DNA of 64,000 bases from Mobula hypostoma (GCF_963921235.1 NC_086109.1:5582001-5646000); one strand, 5' to 3'. Positions 15,701-28,417 are shown, numbered from the stretch's first letter. Made by a program: numbers and translations. The notes: a model not told the origin generated them from the sequence alone.

Positions 15701-18700
15701 AGAAGAAGCTCAGAGCACAGAGTTTGTTGTGAATTTAAATAAAATTCTACTTCTGTTGTGTTATGAAAGAAATCTGTATTAATTATGTACCATGCACTGT
15801 AAGGGAACATTTCTGCATAAGCACAGATTGATTTTATAGTTAATGAGTAAATACCTGTGCACACGACAGGAAGAGATTCACATTATTAGGGCAAGCAGCC
15901 ACACACATCACAGAACCCGAATGAGCTGCAATTACAAAACCGCCAAAGAGTTAATTCCAGACCAAAGCAGATCATTGTCAATAATATTAAATATAGTTGC
16001 TTTTGCTCACAATCTGATCATGTAAAAACCTTTGCTCAAACTAACATCTCTCTTTTCCTTTATAATTCAGTAATTAGTTTTCACAAACTTACAACTAAGT
16101 TTGAATTCCCTCTCCCCACCTTATGAAAGTACTCCAATATAGTCATAGAGCATTACAGCCCTTCGGCCCATCTAGTCCATGCTGAACTACTACTCTGCCT
16201 AGTCCCATCGATCTATGCCTGGACCGCAGCCCTCCCAACCTTCTCATCCAGGTACTTCTCTTACATATTGAAAATGAACCAGCATCTCCCACTTTCCACT
16301 GGCAGCTCATCCAAAACTGTCATCACCATCTGACTGAAGAAATCCCTCCCCATGTTCTCTTAAACATTTCAACTTTCACCCTTAACCTATGACCTCATAT
16401 AAAAGGAATGATCCCAGGAATGAAAGGGATAATGTATGAGGAAGGTTTGATGGCTCTAGGCCTGTACTTGCTGACATTTAGGAGAATGAGGGGAGATCCT
16501 ATTCAAACCTATAGAATATTGAGAGGCCTAGATAGAGTGGATGTGGAGAGGATGTTTCTTGGAGTGGGGAGTCTGGCACTAAAGGGCACAGTGTAGAAAG
16601 GCATCCCTTGAGAACAGAAATGAAGAGGAATTTCTTTAGTCAGAGAGTGGTGAATCTGGAATTCAGCGCTACAACGGCTGCTGAGGCCAAGCCATCAGGT
16701 ATATTTAAAGCAGAGGACGGTAGGTCCTTAATTAGTAAGGGCGTCAAAGGTTATGGGGAGAAGGCTGGAGAACTGAGTTGAGAGAGATAATAAATCAGCC
16801 ATGATGGAATGATTGAACAGACTCGATGGGCTGAAAGTTTGCTCCTACGTCTTAAGGTTTCATAAAAGGACCCAGACCTGTAGTTAAAAAAAAACCATAG
16901 CTGTCATTTAGGCAATGAATAATATATTGTGTACAACATGGTAAAGCATCAGTGAGCAATGTCACTTTAGACAATTGGTACAACTGACTGTAGCTGATAG
17001 ATACTCCAGTCAACAACTGGTTTCAAAGCCTTTAGAAGCGATTAACGTACTACATAACGCGTTGTTTATAATCAAGACAAACATTAAAAAATTGCACGTC
17101 TCTACACCCCAGCATCACTTAACGATGGAAAGCAATTCCACTGTGAGGAAGTTTATGCTCAATGTGTTACTGTTACAGTAAACTGTAAACTTTTTTGCAT
17201 GGTTTATATCGGCTGATTGAGCCTCCGTACTGTGTGAAGTTAACAGCTTCCAACTCTTCTCTCTCAGGGAAATCACTTTAGTTCACATATACCCCCAATC
17301 TCGCTTCAAAGAATAACCACATCCTACCACTCAATGCAGCACTAATCTTTTCAAAATCAGGAATTGAAATAGAAACAGAAATGGTTGAAAACACTCAGGA
17401 GGGTACGTTATATTGCGGTAATAAATAGAAAGTCAACATTTCAGTGTGAAAGCTCCCAGTTCTGATGACCAATGACAAGGTTTTTTGGGCCTGAAACATC
17501 AACTCAGTTTCTTTCTCCACAGATAACGCATGACATACTCTTCCATGAATTTCCTGTCTATATTTCAGATACAGCGGATTCCAGTTCATTGGGATACATC
17601 AGGACCAGCATATTTTGGCCCAATTCAGTGGCTGCCCCATTTAAATGAAGTAGCATGGAAATAATTTAAAACATAAAAAAAGACAAACTACTGTTTACCT
17701 AAGTAACAAATTATGCATTTAAATGAAATACAGAACAAATTAACTGCTACAGTACTAAAAATCTGTGTACTGCATTAATTTTTAATAGTTATCAACAGAG
17801 AAATTCATCCAGTGTAGGACGTGTTACCTTCAATGTAATGGAAATATCCCCTTCCAAATGAACAAGATGTGAATTCTTTTAAGAATTAATTTTAATCTAA
17901 CTGGAAATCAAAAGCAACAATAAAAATGTTATTGTTTTTAGACCCTGCCTGATTTTTTTTCAAAATTATCCATGTTCTTTTGGCTGACTGTAAATTTAAA
18001 AAAATCAGCACAGATAATGGAATGCCTTCATTGACTTCCTGCATCTTGGCAAGGGTGTGATTTTCTTTTAAAAGTCATAATAAAAAACAAAATTGTCAAA
18101 AATTCCTGCTTTTTGATTCGGTGGTCATTGGCCCAACTGGAAGATAAGCACATGCAAATGAGGAGATTTAAAATCGGTTCACTCTAAGCACGGTGTAGTG
18201 TCTAATAGCAACACAAGTGCACGTGACTGATGCTAGTTAGAAACTGTTTGGCAACAGCATCCTGTCCCAATTAAGTGGCATACTGCCCCAAATAAACAAA
18301 GGGAATTCTGGTTACTTTCTCGATTGTTTTTTGTTCTTTAAGAGTTGTCCCAAATAAGCGACTGTCCCAATTAAATCAAATCTACAGTATTTGATCATAT
18401 ACAAGATCGAAGAAACTGCAGATGTTAGAAGTCTTATGACAATTATGTACAACAATGTTTCTGGCATCTCAAATTAACATTCATAATCGGTAACAAAACA
18501 GCTTCTGTCATAGAGATGTCAGCACGCACTGTATTCAAATTAAATGCACGGTTGAGACAAGGTTAGGAACTGCTCGAGAATGACAGACCAGTTCATCTCA
18601 TACCCATTACTGCTCACCTTGGTAAGATTTCAGCACCGTCTTCTGTTCTAGGTCCCAAACCTTCACGCTAATAAATCAAAGTGCCTGGTTATTACAGGTT

Positions 18701-21700
18701 AAGCTAAATTTAGGTAATTCAGACTGTTTTCAGCATTTAATCATACCCTTAGTTCATGGTTACATGGTGGAGATTTCACGACTTGTTTATCATTTATGAT
18801 CTTTGATATACCGTATTAAACACTCATTTTCTGATTTCTTAATGTACATGTTTTATTATTACAGGGATATGCACAGAGTAGGAGGGGAGTATTGCTGTAT
18901 TGCTCTATGACTCTGAGAGAGGTGGAGGGGAAAAGAGAGAATGTCAGGGGTGGATGCAATCTTTGATTATGCTGGCTGCTTTACTGAGACATGAATGCAT
19001 ATGTAAGAGCTTGTTCTCTCAGGCCCTGCAAAAGCAGTTACTTTAAATCACACCACGTGCTTGGTTATTACATGTACAGTCTGACTTCCCTTACGGAATC
19101 AAAGATCAACTTTATTAGCCATATACATTTACAAACTTGGGTTGTTTTCCTGGGAGCGGCAGAGGTTGAGGGGAGATCTGATAGAAGTTTATAAGATTAT
19201 GAGAGGCATAGATAGAGTAGATAGATAGATATACTTTATTAATCCCGAGGGAAATTTGGTTTCGTTACAGCTGCACCAACCAAGAATAGAGCGTAAATAT
19301 AGTAATATAGTAGACAGACAGTACCTTTTTCCCCAGGGTTGAAATGTCTAATACCAGAGGGTGCGCATTTAAAATGAGAGGGAGTAATTCAAAGGAGCAG
19401 TGAGGGGCAATTTTTTTTATGCACACAAAGTGGTGGATGTCTGGAAAGCACTAGTTAGGGTGGTATAGACAAAAACATTATGGACTTTTAAGAGGTGTTT
19501 AGATAGACACATGAATGTGAGGAAAATTTAAGGATATGGACTTTGTGAAGGTAGAAGGGATTAGTTTAGCTGGCCATTTGATTACTGATTTAATTAATTT
19601 GGCAGCATCGTGGACCAACAGGCCTGTTCTTACGCTCTACGTTCTACAATCTATGTTCTATTTATTAGGAATTTGCTGTCGTGTGTTGGTCAGGGTGTAA
19701 CATGAAACAAAGAAAACATTCAACAATCGTAAAGAATAATATACAAAGTTTAAAATGGAATGATGTCTGCATCGCTCCTCCAAAAACAAATTCAGATGAC
19801 TCTTACGGATGAAACATGTCTTAAATAAAAGATGGAAATAAACAGCAACAACTACTTCCATTTATATAGCGCCTCAAAGTGAGAAATGACTTATGGTGCT
19901 TTACAGTGGAATTATCAAATAAGGGAGAAAATGCTTAGACACAGGGTGAAATTAATGCAGGTGATGAAAAACTTGAATAAAGAAGGAAGCTCTATACAGC
20001 AAATTATATCGGAGGAAAGTTATAGGACTAGCAGAGTGAGCACTGTGGTTGGCATGGACTCATTTGGCCAAATTACTTGTACCCAGGCTGTATTGCTCTA
20101 TGACTCCAAGAGAGAATGTCAGGGGTGGATGGAATCTTTGATTATGCTGGCTGCTTTACTGAGGCAGAATCTAAATCAGGTTTAATATCACTGGCATATG
20201 TCGTGAAATGTGTTGCTTTGTGGAAGCAGTACGTTGTAGTACGTAATAAAAGAACTATAAATTACAATAAAGAATTATATAAATTAACTAAGTAGTGCAA
20301 AAAGAAAGCAAAACAAGTAAAAAAAAAAGTGAGGTAGCGTACATGGGTTCATAAGTCCATTCAGAAATCTGACGGCAGAGGGAAGCTGTTCCTGAAATAC
20401 TGAGTGTGGGTCTTCAGGCTCCTGCCCCCACCTCCCCAATGGTAATAATGAGAGAAGGGCTTGTCCTGAATGATGAAGGTCCTTAGTGAGAAATATGGAC
20501 AGAGTACATGGAGGGGAAGGGAGGCTGGTTTCTGCGATGTGCTGAACTGTATCCAAAATCTCTGCCTTTTGGAATATACCTTCCAAGATGACTCTAATTC
20601 AATCAAACTGGGGCAGTACAACAGAGGAACAGTAGAACAGCTAGGAAGCTAGGAAGTAGAACAGAGAGCTCAGAGCCTGAAATGAAATGATTAAATATGG
20701 AGAAAAGTAAGAGGTCAGACTGCAGAAACAGACATTCTCAGGTTGTAGTGTCAAGAAAGACCTCAGGATGAGTGAATATTGCACCCACGGGCATTCATTA
20801 TTCACCAAGTGTGACAATGACGGGTGACTAAGTCATCAGGAAACAGACCGAGGAAAGCAAGGCCAGATGATTCAAGGAGGGTGATATTACAAACCTGCAA
20901 TCGAGACTGCTGCTGACCGCTTGTGTTTCACCTGCGAGCACACTCACTTTCGTAACGACATCATCGTGTTCGTATTTACAGAACTTGCTCACCATCTGTC
21001 CTTCACTTTCTGCCACCTCCCACAGCTCCACAGCACCTGCAGAGCAAGTAACACCATTCGCAAAGAGTTAAATTAACATGAGGGCTGGATTAATCTTATG
21101 TCTGAAGTAAACCCTGTGACAACTTAAAGTGGCATCCTTTGTGAAATTGAAGAATGTCCAGTCAGTATGAAATGAAATCACTTCAGCTTGCTATTGCCCT
21201 GGTCTGACTGAATTGTGATCATTATGGACCATATGTTCCAAACTGCAGAGTTGTCGACACAGCTCAGCACATCATGAAAATCAGCCTCGCTCTACAGACC
21301 CCGTCTTTGATTCTCACTGCCTCAGTAAAGTAGCCAGTATATTTAAAGACCCCACCCACCCTGCCCATTCTCTCTTCTCCCCTCTATGTCTATATTTCTT
21401 ACTGCCAGCATATTCAGACTTCATCCACCCCCATCTGGCAGATGATACAGAAGCCTGAAAGCACAACCCGCCAGGCTCAAGGACAGTTTCTATCGGGCTA
21501 TTATACGACCCTTGAGGGGACCCCTTGAATGATAAAATGAATTCTTAACTCACCATCTACCTTGTTATGATCTTGCACTTTGTTTCTTTGCACTGAACTT
21601 TCCCTGTGCTGTTACACTTTATTCTACATTTTCATATTGTTTTACCTTGTTCTACCTCACAACTGTGTAATGACTTGATCTTTACAAAATAGTATGGAAG

Positions 21701-24700
21701 ACAAGCTTTCCATTGTGAGATAATGCACTTTGGCAAGTTAAACCAGCATGGGCCTTACAAAGGAAATAATAGAGCCCTGAGAAGTGTTGGTGCAGAGAGA
21801 TGTAAAGGTACAGTTACATAGCTCCCTGAAAGAACCCGCTGTTTGGGTGATTTAAGCGCTGAGCTAGACTGATAAGGTCTGGAGGTGAGGGACAAGCTGG
21901 TTCAGCTCCCTGCTCTGTAACATTTACTCGGCTCTGCTCTGAGGCGGTGGCTTCGTGTCTGTGGACAGACTCCCTTTCACGAACCTCAGTTCTAAAAGCT
22001 ATTTGCTTGTTTTGGTTGTTTGCATGAGTTGTGTCTTTTTCCCTCTGCACATTAGGCGTTTGATAGTCCTCTATATTAATGGGTTCTTTGTTTTGTGGCA
22101 GCCTGTAAGGAGACAAACCTCAAGGTTTTATAATGGATACACACAAAGAAATGCACTTTGAACTTTGAATGTAGAGACAGGGGTAGATAGGGTTGTGAAG
22201 GCAGCATTTGGCATGCTGGCTTTCATCAGTCAGGGATTTTGAGTATTCTGTTGGGATGTCAAGTTATATTGGTGAGACTGCACTTGGAATAGAGTGTGCG
22301 GTTTTGATTGCCAAGGTACAGGAAGGATGTCATTAACCTGGAAAGGGAGTAGAAAAGATTCATGAGGATGTTACTGGAACTGGAGGGCTTGAGTTGTGAG
22401 GGAAGACTGGATAGGATGGACTGTTTCTGCTTGACTGAAGGCTACTAAGGGGTGACCTTACATGGGTTTATAAAATCATGAGGGGCATTGAATGCCACAG
22501 AGTTTTCCCATGGTGGAAGAGTCTAAAAGCAGAGGGCACAGGTTTAAGATGACAGAGGAATGATTTAAAAGGGATGTGAGGGATAAATTTCTGCATACAG
22601 AGGATGGTGGGTATATGGAATGTGCTGCCGGGTGAAGCGAAAGGAGGTGGGTGTGACATTTTGATGGGTGCATGGAGGAGAAAGGTTTAGAGCAGGGGTT
22701 CCCAACCTGGGGTCCGCAGACCCCGTGGTTAATGGTAGGAGTCCATGGCACAGAAAAAGTTGGGAACCCCTGGTTTAGAGGGATAAGATCTAAATGCTGG
22801 GAAAAAGGAGTACTGCAGACAACCATCCACAGATGAGTCAGGCTTCTGTTCTCTATAAATATGACTCCATTATTTACATTTTTAAAAGATTTCTATAGCT
22901 TCCATAAACTGCCAACTTACACTAAAGTGTCCAAAACTACAAGACCATAAAATACAGGAGCAGTTCTAGGGCATCTGGCCTATCGAGGCTGCTTCACCAT
23001 TCCATCATGGCTGATTCATTATCCCTCTCAATCCCTTCTCCTACCCTCTCTCTGTTAAATTTTGATGCCCTTAAATACAGAGCCTATAGAAAGTATCCAC
23101 CCCCCCCCCGGAAGTTTTCATGTTTTATTGTTTCACAATATTGAATCACAGTATCACAGTGGATTTAATTTGGCTTTTTTGATACTGATCAACAGAAAAA
23201 GACAATTTCCTGTCAAGGTGAACAGAGATCTCAACAAAGTGCTCTAAATTAATTAGAAATATAAAACACAAAAGAATTGATTCCATAAATATTCACCCCC
23301 CTCCACAAGTCAGTATTTAATAGATGCGCCTTTGGCAGCAATTACAGCCTTGAGTCTCTGTGGGTAGGTCTCTATCAGCTTTGCACATCTGGACACTGCA
23401 ATATTTCCCTATTCTTCTTTATAAAACTGCTGAAGCTCTGTCAGATTGCAAGTAAACAGCCCTTTTCTCCCCAGCCACAAATTCTCAATTGGATTGAGGT
23501 CTGGATTCTGACATGGCCACTCCAGGACATTAACTCTGCTGTTTTAAAACCATTCCTGTGTAACTTGGCTTTATGCTTAGGGTCATTGTCTTGCTGGAAA
23601 ACAAATCTTCTCCCAAGTTGCAGTCCTCTTGCAGACTGCATCAGGTTTTCCTCCAGGATTTCCCTGTATTTTGCTGCATTCATTTTACCCTCTACCTTCA
23701 CAAGCCTTCCAGGGCCTGCTGCAGTGAAGCATCCCCACAGCACGATGCAGCCACCACCATGCTTCACGGTAGGGATGGTGTGTCTTTGATGATGTGCGGT
23801 GTTTGGCTTATGCCAAAAAGCTCAATTTTGGTTTTATCAGACCAGGGAACCTTCTTCCAGCTGATTTCAGAGTCTCCCACATGCCTTCTGGCAAACTCTA
23901 GCTAAGATTTCATGTGAGTTTTTTTTCAACAGTGGCTTTCTTTTGCAACTCCCCCATAAAGCTGCAACTGATGAAACACCCAGGCAACAGTTGTATGTGC
24001 AGTCTCTCCCATCCCAGCCACTAGTCTGTCACTCCTCCAGAGTTGTCATAGGTTTCCTAGTGGCCTCTCTCACTAGTCCCCTTCTTACACAGTCACTCAG
24101 TTTTTGGGGATGGCCTGTTGTAGACAGATTTACCGCTGTGCCATATTCTTTCCATTTCTTGATGATTGACCTAACTGTACCCCAAGGGATATTCAGTGAC
24201 TTGGAAGTTTTCTTGTATCCATCTCCTGACTTGTGCTTTTCAATTAGCTTTTTGAGGAGTTCCTTGGAGTGTTCTTTAGTCCTCATGGTCTAGTGTTTGC
24301 CAGGATACTGACTCACCAGCAACTGGACCTTCCAGATACAGGTGTATCTTTTACTACCATCAATTGAAACACCTTGAATGCACACAGGTCTCCAAAAACG
24401 GATCTGCAGAGTATTTTGTGGTAACTAATTACGTGACTTCTAAAACCAATTGGCTGCACCAAGGATGATTTGGTGTGTCATATTAAAGGGGACAAATACT
24501 AATGCAATCAATTATTTTGTGTTTTATATTTGTAATTAATTTAGATCACTTTGTAGAGATCTGTTTTCACTTTGACACAAAAGAATTTTCTGTCCATCAG
24601 TGTCAAAAAAAGCCAAATTAAATCCACTGTGATTCAAGGTTGCAAAACAATAGAAAACGATAGAACATCCCGGGGGGGGGGGGGGTGAATACTTTTTATA

Positions 24701-27700
24701 GGCACTGTTGTCGTACTCTTCACTTTAGAATTAAACTTCATTACACAGTTCCTTAAATAATGTAATATACATCGTTTACACCATTGCCAAGGAAAATAAG
24801 TTATTTATATCTTTAAGAGATGTCTATTTCAGTATTCTTTTGTGATTCAATTGAAGCTTGAAAGGCAACAAATACCACAGCAAAGATCAGAGAAATAGGA
24901 TTACTCTGAAAAGCAGCAGACAAAAATTTTCCACTGAAATCCAAACAATCCCATTATTTCTAACACTGAGTGAAATATTAACACCGATCCTTACCTAAAT
25001 CAGATGCAACCAGAATTTCTCTGCCAGTAACCCAACATGCATCCACCACGCCAGCTGGGGTTTGCATGCCCACCGTGCAGAACTTCTCATTCGGAGCTTT
25101 AAATGGGTCCTTGAACACCCAGACAGACCCTAACCAACTGCGCCCAGATAACGTCGAGGCTCCAAGTAACAGAGCTCCATCTGTAACCACAAGCAGACAA
25201 AGCAACCGAATTATATTTTGGAATTAAGACAGATGAGTCAATCACTATGCAACAAAAAGCCAGTGAGGAGATAACACCTAAAAAAAGAGAATAAGATTTA
25301 GTGCACAATGTTTAAACACGAGCAGTGTCTCAACCCAAAACATTGACTGTTTTTTCTTCATAAATGCTGCCTGATTGCTGAGTTCCTCCAGCATTTTTGT
25401 GTGTTGCTCAAGATTTCCAGCATCTGGAGAATCCTTTGTGATAGAACTGACACCATCACATCAAGGAGGAGAGATAGGACAAAAGCACAAGGAAGCTCAG
25501 TGTATGCTGGCTTATATGACAACAAACTAACCCACGGTCTGGTGGAAAAAGGTGTTGGGGATTGGACAGGGTTCAAAGGAGGTTCACAAAAATGATTCCA
25601 GGATTGAAAGCCTTATCATATGAGGAGTGTTTGATGGCTCTGAACCTCTACCCACTTGAATTCAGAAGAATGAGTGGGGGAATCCCACTGAAACCTATTG
25701 CATGTGGAAAGGCCTCGATACAGTGGATGTGGAGAAGGTGTTTCCCATAGTGGAGAAGACACAGCCTCAGAATAGAGGGACCTCCATTTAGAATGCAGAT
25801 GAGGAGGAATTTCTTTAGCCAGAGAGTGGTGAATCTGTGCAACTCCTTGCCACAGGCAGCTGTGGAGGCCAATTCATTGGGTATATTTAAGGTAGAGGTT
25901 GACAGATTCTTGATTAGTCAGGGCATGAAGGGATACAGGGAGAAGGCAGAAGATTGAGGCTGAGCTGGAAATGGATCATCCATGATGAAATGGCGGAGTA
26001 GACTCCATGGGCCAAATGGCCAATTTCTGCTCCCATATCCTATGCTGCAATGGTCACAGCAATAGATTTAAATGGGAAAGGATGGGCAGAGGCTCATGTA
26101 CAGCATAAACAAGACAACAGCCTGGCATGCCCACAGCTCATCAGAGATTGTCTGCCTGGCATCAGTGGTTGCATAACCAGGATGTGATATGCACCAGCTG
26201 CCCCCCTGGCTTTACGTGACCCTGATCGGGGGGACTAAGCAGGTGCTACACCTTGCCCAAGGATGACCCACAGGCTAGGAAGGAAGGAACATTTTACACC
26301 TTTTGTAGAGACGCATCTCCACCCTTTGGTGTCAAAATGGCTGTTGTGACATGTCTAGTGTGGTAGTGCAGTGGGTAGTGCTTATCGCTCTCACTTTTAG
26401 CTTCCACCGCTGGCTAGCGGTCTCGCAAAAAGGAGAGCCGAATGTTTAAGTCTCTTGCTGCCAGTACATAGACTCTCCAACTTCAAGCCTTGTGTAGTGC
26501 CTCCTTGCAGGCGACACACAGAAACTGAACTCCTTTTGGATTCAGGTTGAACTACCGAGGACAGGGTGGAGGTCCAGCACCTGCACAGGCCCACCGGCGT
26601 GTGGACACGCCCTGGCACTCATGAACCAGATCCCCAGCTATTGGTAAGCAGCTCCACTGCCTTGTGGGCAGCCTCGGGAGAGACAAAGGCTACGGGAGTA
26701 ATCCAGACTGCAAATCCGGGGTGGCTGGACGTCATTGAACATCCTTCCGGCAGCTCCAGCAGCCAAATGTATTGCTTCATAAGCTTTCTTTTGGACTACA
26801 CTGGTGAGGCCGAGAGGGGGATCTTGACATCTGGGCATCTCAGGACCTCCATACTTTCTGCCCAGACTTGTGATGTTGATATTCATCACCCATTGTCCTT
26901 CGAGACAGCCGGATGCCAACCACATCTGCACCCTGTCATCTGGCTTTTATGTACATTGATAAATAAATCAGAATCTAAACACTGTCGTGAACTTGTCAGA
27001 CTCAACAGCCTGCCCCTGTATTGTAATCATCCACATAAAAGCAATCAGTGATAGACAACAAATGCCGGTGATGCTGAATCTCATAAATTAAATACAACTT
27101 CTGAAACCTATATACAGTGTATTCCCGTTAATTAAACCATCGGTCAACTGGGGCAGCCACTTACTTGGGACAACTCTTCAAGAACAAAAACTAATCGAGA
27201 TAACAGCCGATGACTACCTGTGCTTATTTGGGACACTATGCCGTCTAATAGGGACAGAATGATTCTGGGAACGTAAGGGTTAACCTACGAGGAGCCTCTG
27301 ATGGCTGAGTACTGGAGCTTAAAACAATGAGATAAAACCCATGTGATTGGCAAAACAGGTGACTGGCAAAAGGGATATGAGAGGAGCGTGTATATCCCTT
27401 TTGCCAATCACTTGTCCAGCTCTTGGCTCCATCCCGCCCCCTCCTGTTTTCTCCTATCATTTCGGATCTCCCCCTCCCACTTTCAAATCTTTTACTAGCT
27501 CTTCCTTCAGTTAGTCCTGACGAAGGGTCTCGGCCTGAAACGTCGACTGTACCTCTTCCTACAGATGCTGCCTGGCCTGCTGCGTTCACCAGCAACTTTG
27601 ATGTGTGTTGCCTGAATTTCCAGCATCTGCAGAATTCCTCGTGTGTCCGTGAATATTGTAAGGCTTGGATAGAGTGCATGTGGAGAGGATGTTTCCTGTT

Positions 27701-28329
27701 GTGGGGAGTCTAGGGCCAGAGGGGGCAGCCTCAGAATAGAGCGACATCCTTTTAGAACAGAATTTCTTTAGGGTGGTGATTCTGTGGAATTCATTGCCAC
27801 AGACGGTTGTGGAAGCCAATTCGTTGGGTATATTTAAAACGAATATTCCTGATTAGTCCGGGCATCAAAGCTTAGGGGAGAAGGCAGGAGAATGGGGTTG
27901 AGAGGGATAATAAATCAGCCATGATGGAAGAAACTCGATGGTCCGAATGGCCTCATTCTATGTCTAATGGACATTGTCGAACAGTTTTTAACAAGCGTTA
28001 GCCGCATGTACTGTATGGCCGTTAGACAATACACGGTGCTTACAGCGAACTGTTTTTATAACAGAGCGAGTTGCGTGTGCTCATGTTCCACAAGAAACAG
28101 TGATTTTTGTCTCTGATTGCTGTCGAGCAACAAGCATCGAGACTATTCAGAACTGCGGCTTCAACCATTCAGGCTTGGAGAAGCCAGAAAGGTTCGGGGT
28201 GGAAATGAAACGATTTCACCACTTCATGCACCCCCACCACCTCTCGGCCCCGGTCCACTCACCAGCCCGGTATTGCACGGTTTCCAGTTCCCGCTCCATG
28301 CGGCCCGCTGTCCCGCACCGGTTCTCCAT
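6657..28329 (-). CDS. WDR77: WD repeat-containing protein 77 (MEP50, PRMT5 methylosome cofactor); 10 coding exons, 966 nt, 321 aa
   Basis: complement(join(6657..6798,6894..6962,8075..8186,10713..10784,12289..12343,15855..15925,18618..18667,20895..21036,24995..25180,28263..28329)). All introns are GT-AG and phases are consistent. Spliced protein [48 protein letters not shown]...[10 protein letters not shown]...WDHQVLHH closely resembles vertebrate WDR77. Confidence 0.95.
6894..6962 (-). CDS. WDR77: WDR77 exon 9 ([22 protein letters not shown])
   Basis: CAG acceptor, GTAAGT donor, 69 nt; followed by a 95-nt intron. Confidence 0.94.
7103..7319. mobile_element. hAT (Charlie-like) MITE
   Basis: TIRs CAGTGGTCCCCAACC / GGTTGGGGACCCCTG; 8-bp TSD GACTAAAC/GACTAAAT. 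Confidence 0.85.
8075..8186 (-). CDS. WDR77: WDR77 exon 8 ([10 protein letters not shown]...[14 protein letters not shown])
   Basis: CAG acceptor, GTGGTT donor, 112 nt. Confidence 0.92.
9469..9736 (+). mobile_element. V-SINE (HE1-like tRNA-derived SINE)
   Basis: Central GGGTTTCCTCCGGGTGCTCCGGTTTCCTCCCACAGTCCAAA domain and AATAAAT tail; related copies near 2670, 8510, 9020, 36970, 44250, 46170, 52190, 55760. Confidence 0.75.
10713..10784 (-). CDS. WDR77: WDR77 exon 7 ([24 protein letters not shown])
   Basis: CAG acceptor, GTAAG donor, 72 nt. Confidence 0.93.
12289..12343 (-). CDS. WDR77: WDR77 exon 6 ([18 protein letters not shown])
   Basis: CAG acceptor, GTATGT donor, 55 nt. Confidence 0.93.
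13574..15083 (+). mobile_element. Tc1-family DNA transposon (long TIRs), degenerate transposase
   Basis: TA|CAGTGCC...GGCACTG|TA termini; ~200-bp inverted ends; transposase fragments [31 protein letters not shown] with frameshifts. Confidence 0.93.
15855..15925 (-). CDS. WDR77: WDR77 exon 5 ([24 protein letters not shown])
   Basis: CAG acceptor, GTATTT donor, 71 nt, phase fits both neighbours. Confidence 0.92.
17572..18387. mobile_element. Probable Tigger/pogo-like non-autonomous DNA transposon
   Basis: TA-CAG start, degenerate inverted ends and repeated TCCCAATTAA motifs; related pieces at ~27114-27250 and ~27970-28220. Confidence 0.5.
18618..18667 (-). CDS. WDR77: WDR77 exon 4 ([16 protein letters not shown])
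   Basis: TAG acceptor, GTGAG donor, 50 nt, WD dipeptide. Confidence 0.93.
20895..21036 (-). CDS. WDR77: WDR77 exon 3 (GAVELWEV...[12 protein letters not shown]...SLDC)
   Basis: CAG acceptor, GTTTGT donor, 142 nt. Confidence 0.95.
22693..22772. mobile_element. 80-bp hAT (Charlie-like) MITE inserted in a CR1 fragment
   Basis: TIRs CAGGGGTTCCCAAC / GTTGGGAACCCCTG; perfect 8-bp TSD GTTTAGAG. Confidence 0.9.
23078..24707 (-). mobile_element. Tc1-family DNA transposon, same family as 13574-15083, opposite orientation
   Basis: CAGAGCC...GGCACTG termini with TA on the left; [10 protein letters not shown]...[29 protein letters not shown]; frameshifted. Confidence 0.93.
24995..25180 (-). CDS. WDR77: WDR77 exon 2 ([19 protein letters not shown]...ILVASDL)
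   Basis: CAG acceptor, GTAAGG donor, 186 nt. Confidence 0.95.
27392..27645 (+). mobile_element. Penelope-like element terminal repeat with hammerhead-like motif
   Basis: AGTC-CTGACGA-AGGGTCTCGGCCT-GAAAC-GTC-GACT at 27513-27548, followed by the recurrent end GATGCTGCCTGGCCTGCTG...TTTCCAGCATCTGCAGAATTCC. Confidence 0.7.
28263..28329 (-). CDS. WDR77: WDR77 coding exon 1 ([22 protein letters not shown])
   Basis: ATG at 28329 with an in-frame TAG 18 nt upstream; GTGAG donor; resembles the MERQLEAARYR segment of WDR77. Confidence 0.88.
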
Positions 28330-28417
28330 TCCCCGCCGCCGCCACTATTCTCGCCTGACTCCGGCCGCTCTCGCGAGAAGCCCCACGGGCTCCCGGCCGG
28401 CCGCGCACCTAGCCCCC

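Noticed and set aside
26400..27051. 161-aa and 97-aa ORFs in WDR77 intron 1
   Set aside because: No recognisable protein family or splice structure. They adjoin repeat sequence seen elsewhere in the window and are probably a retroelement remnant.
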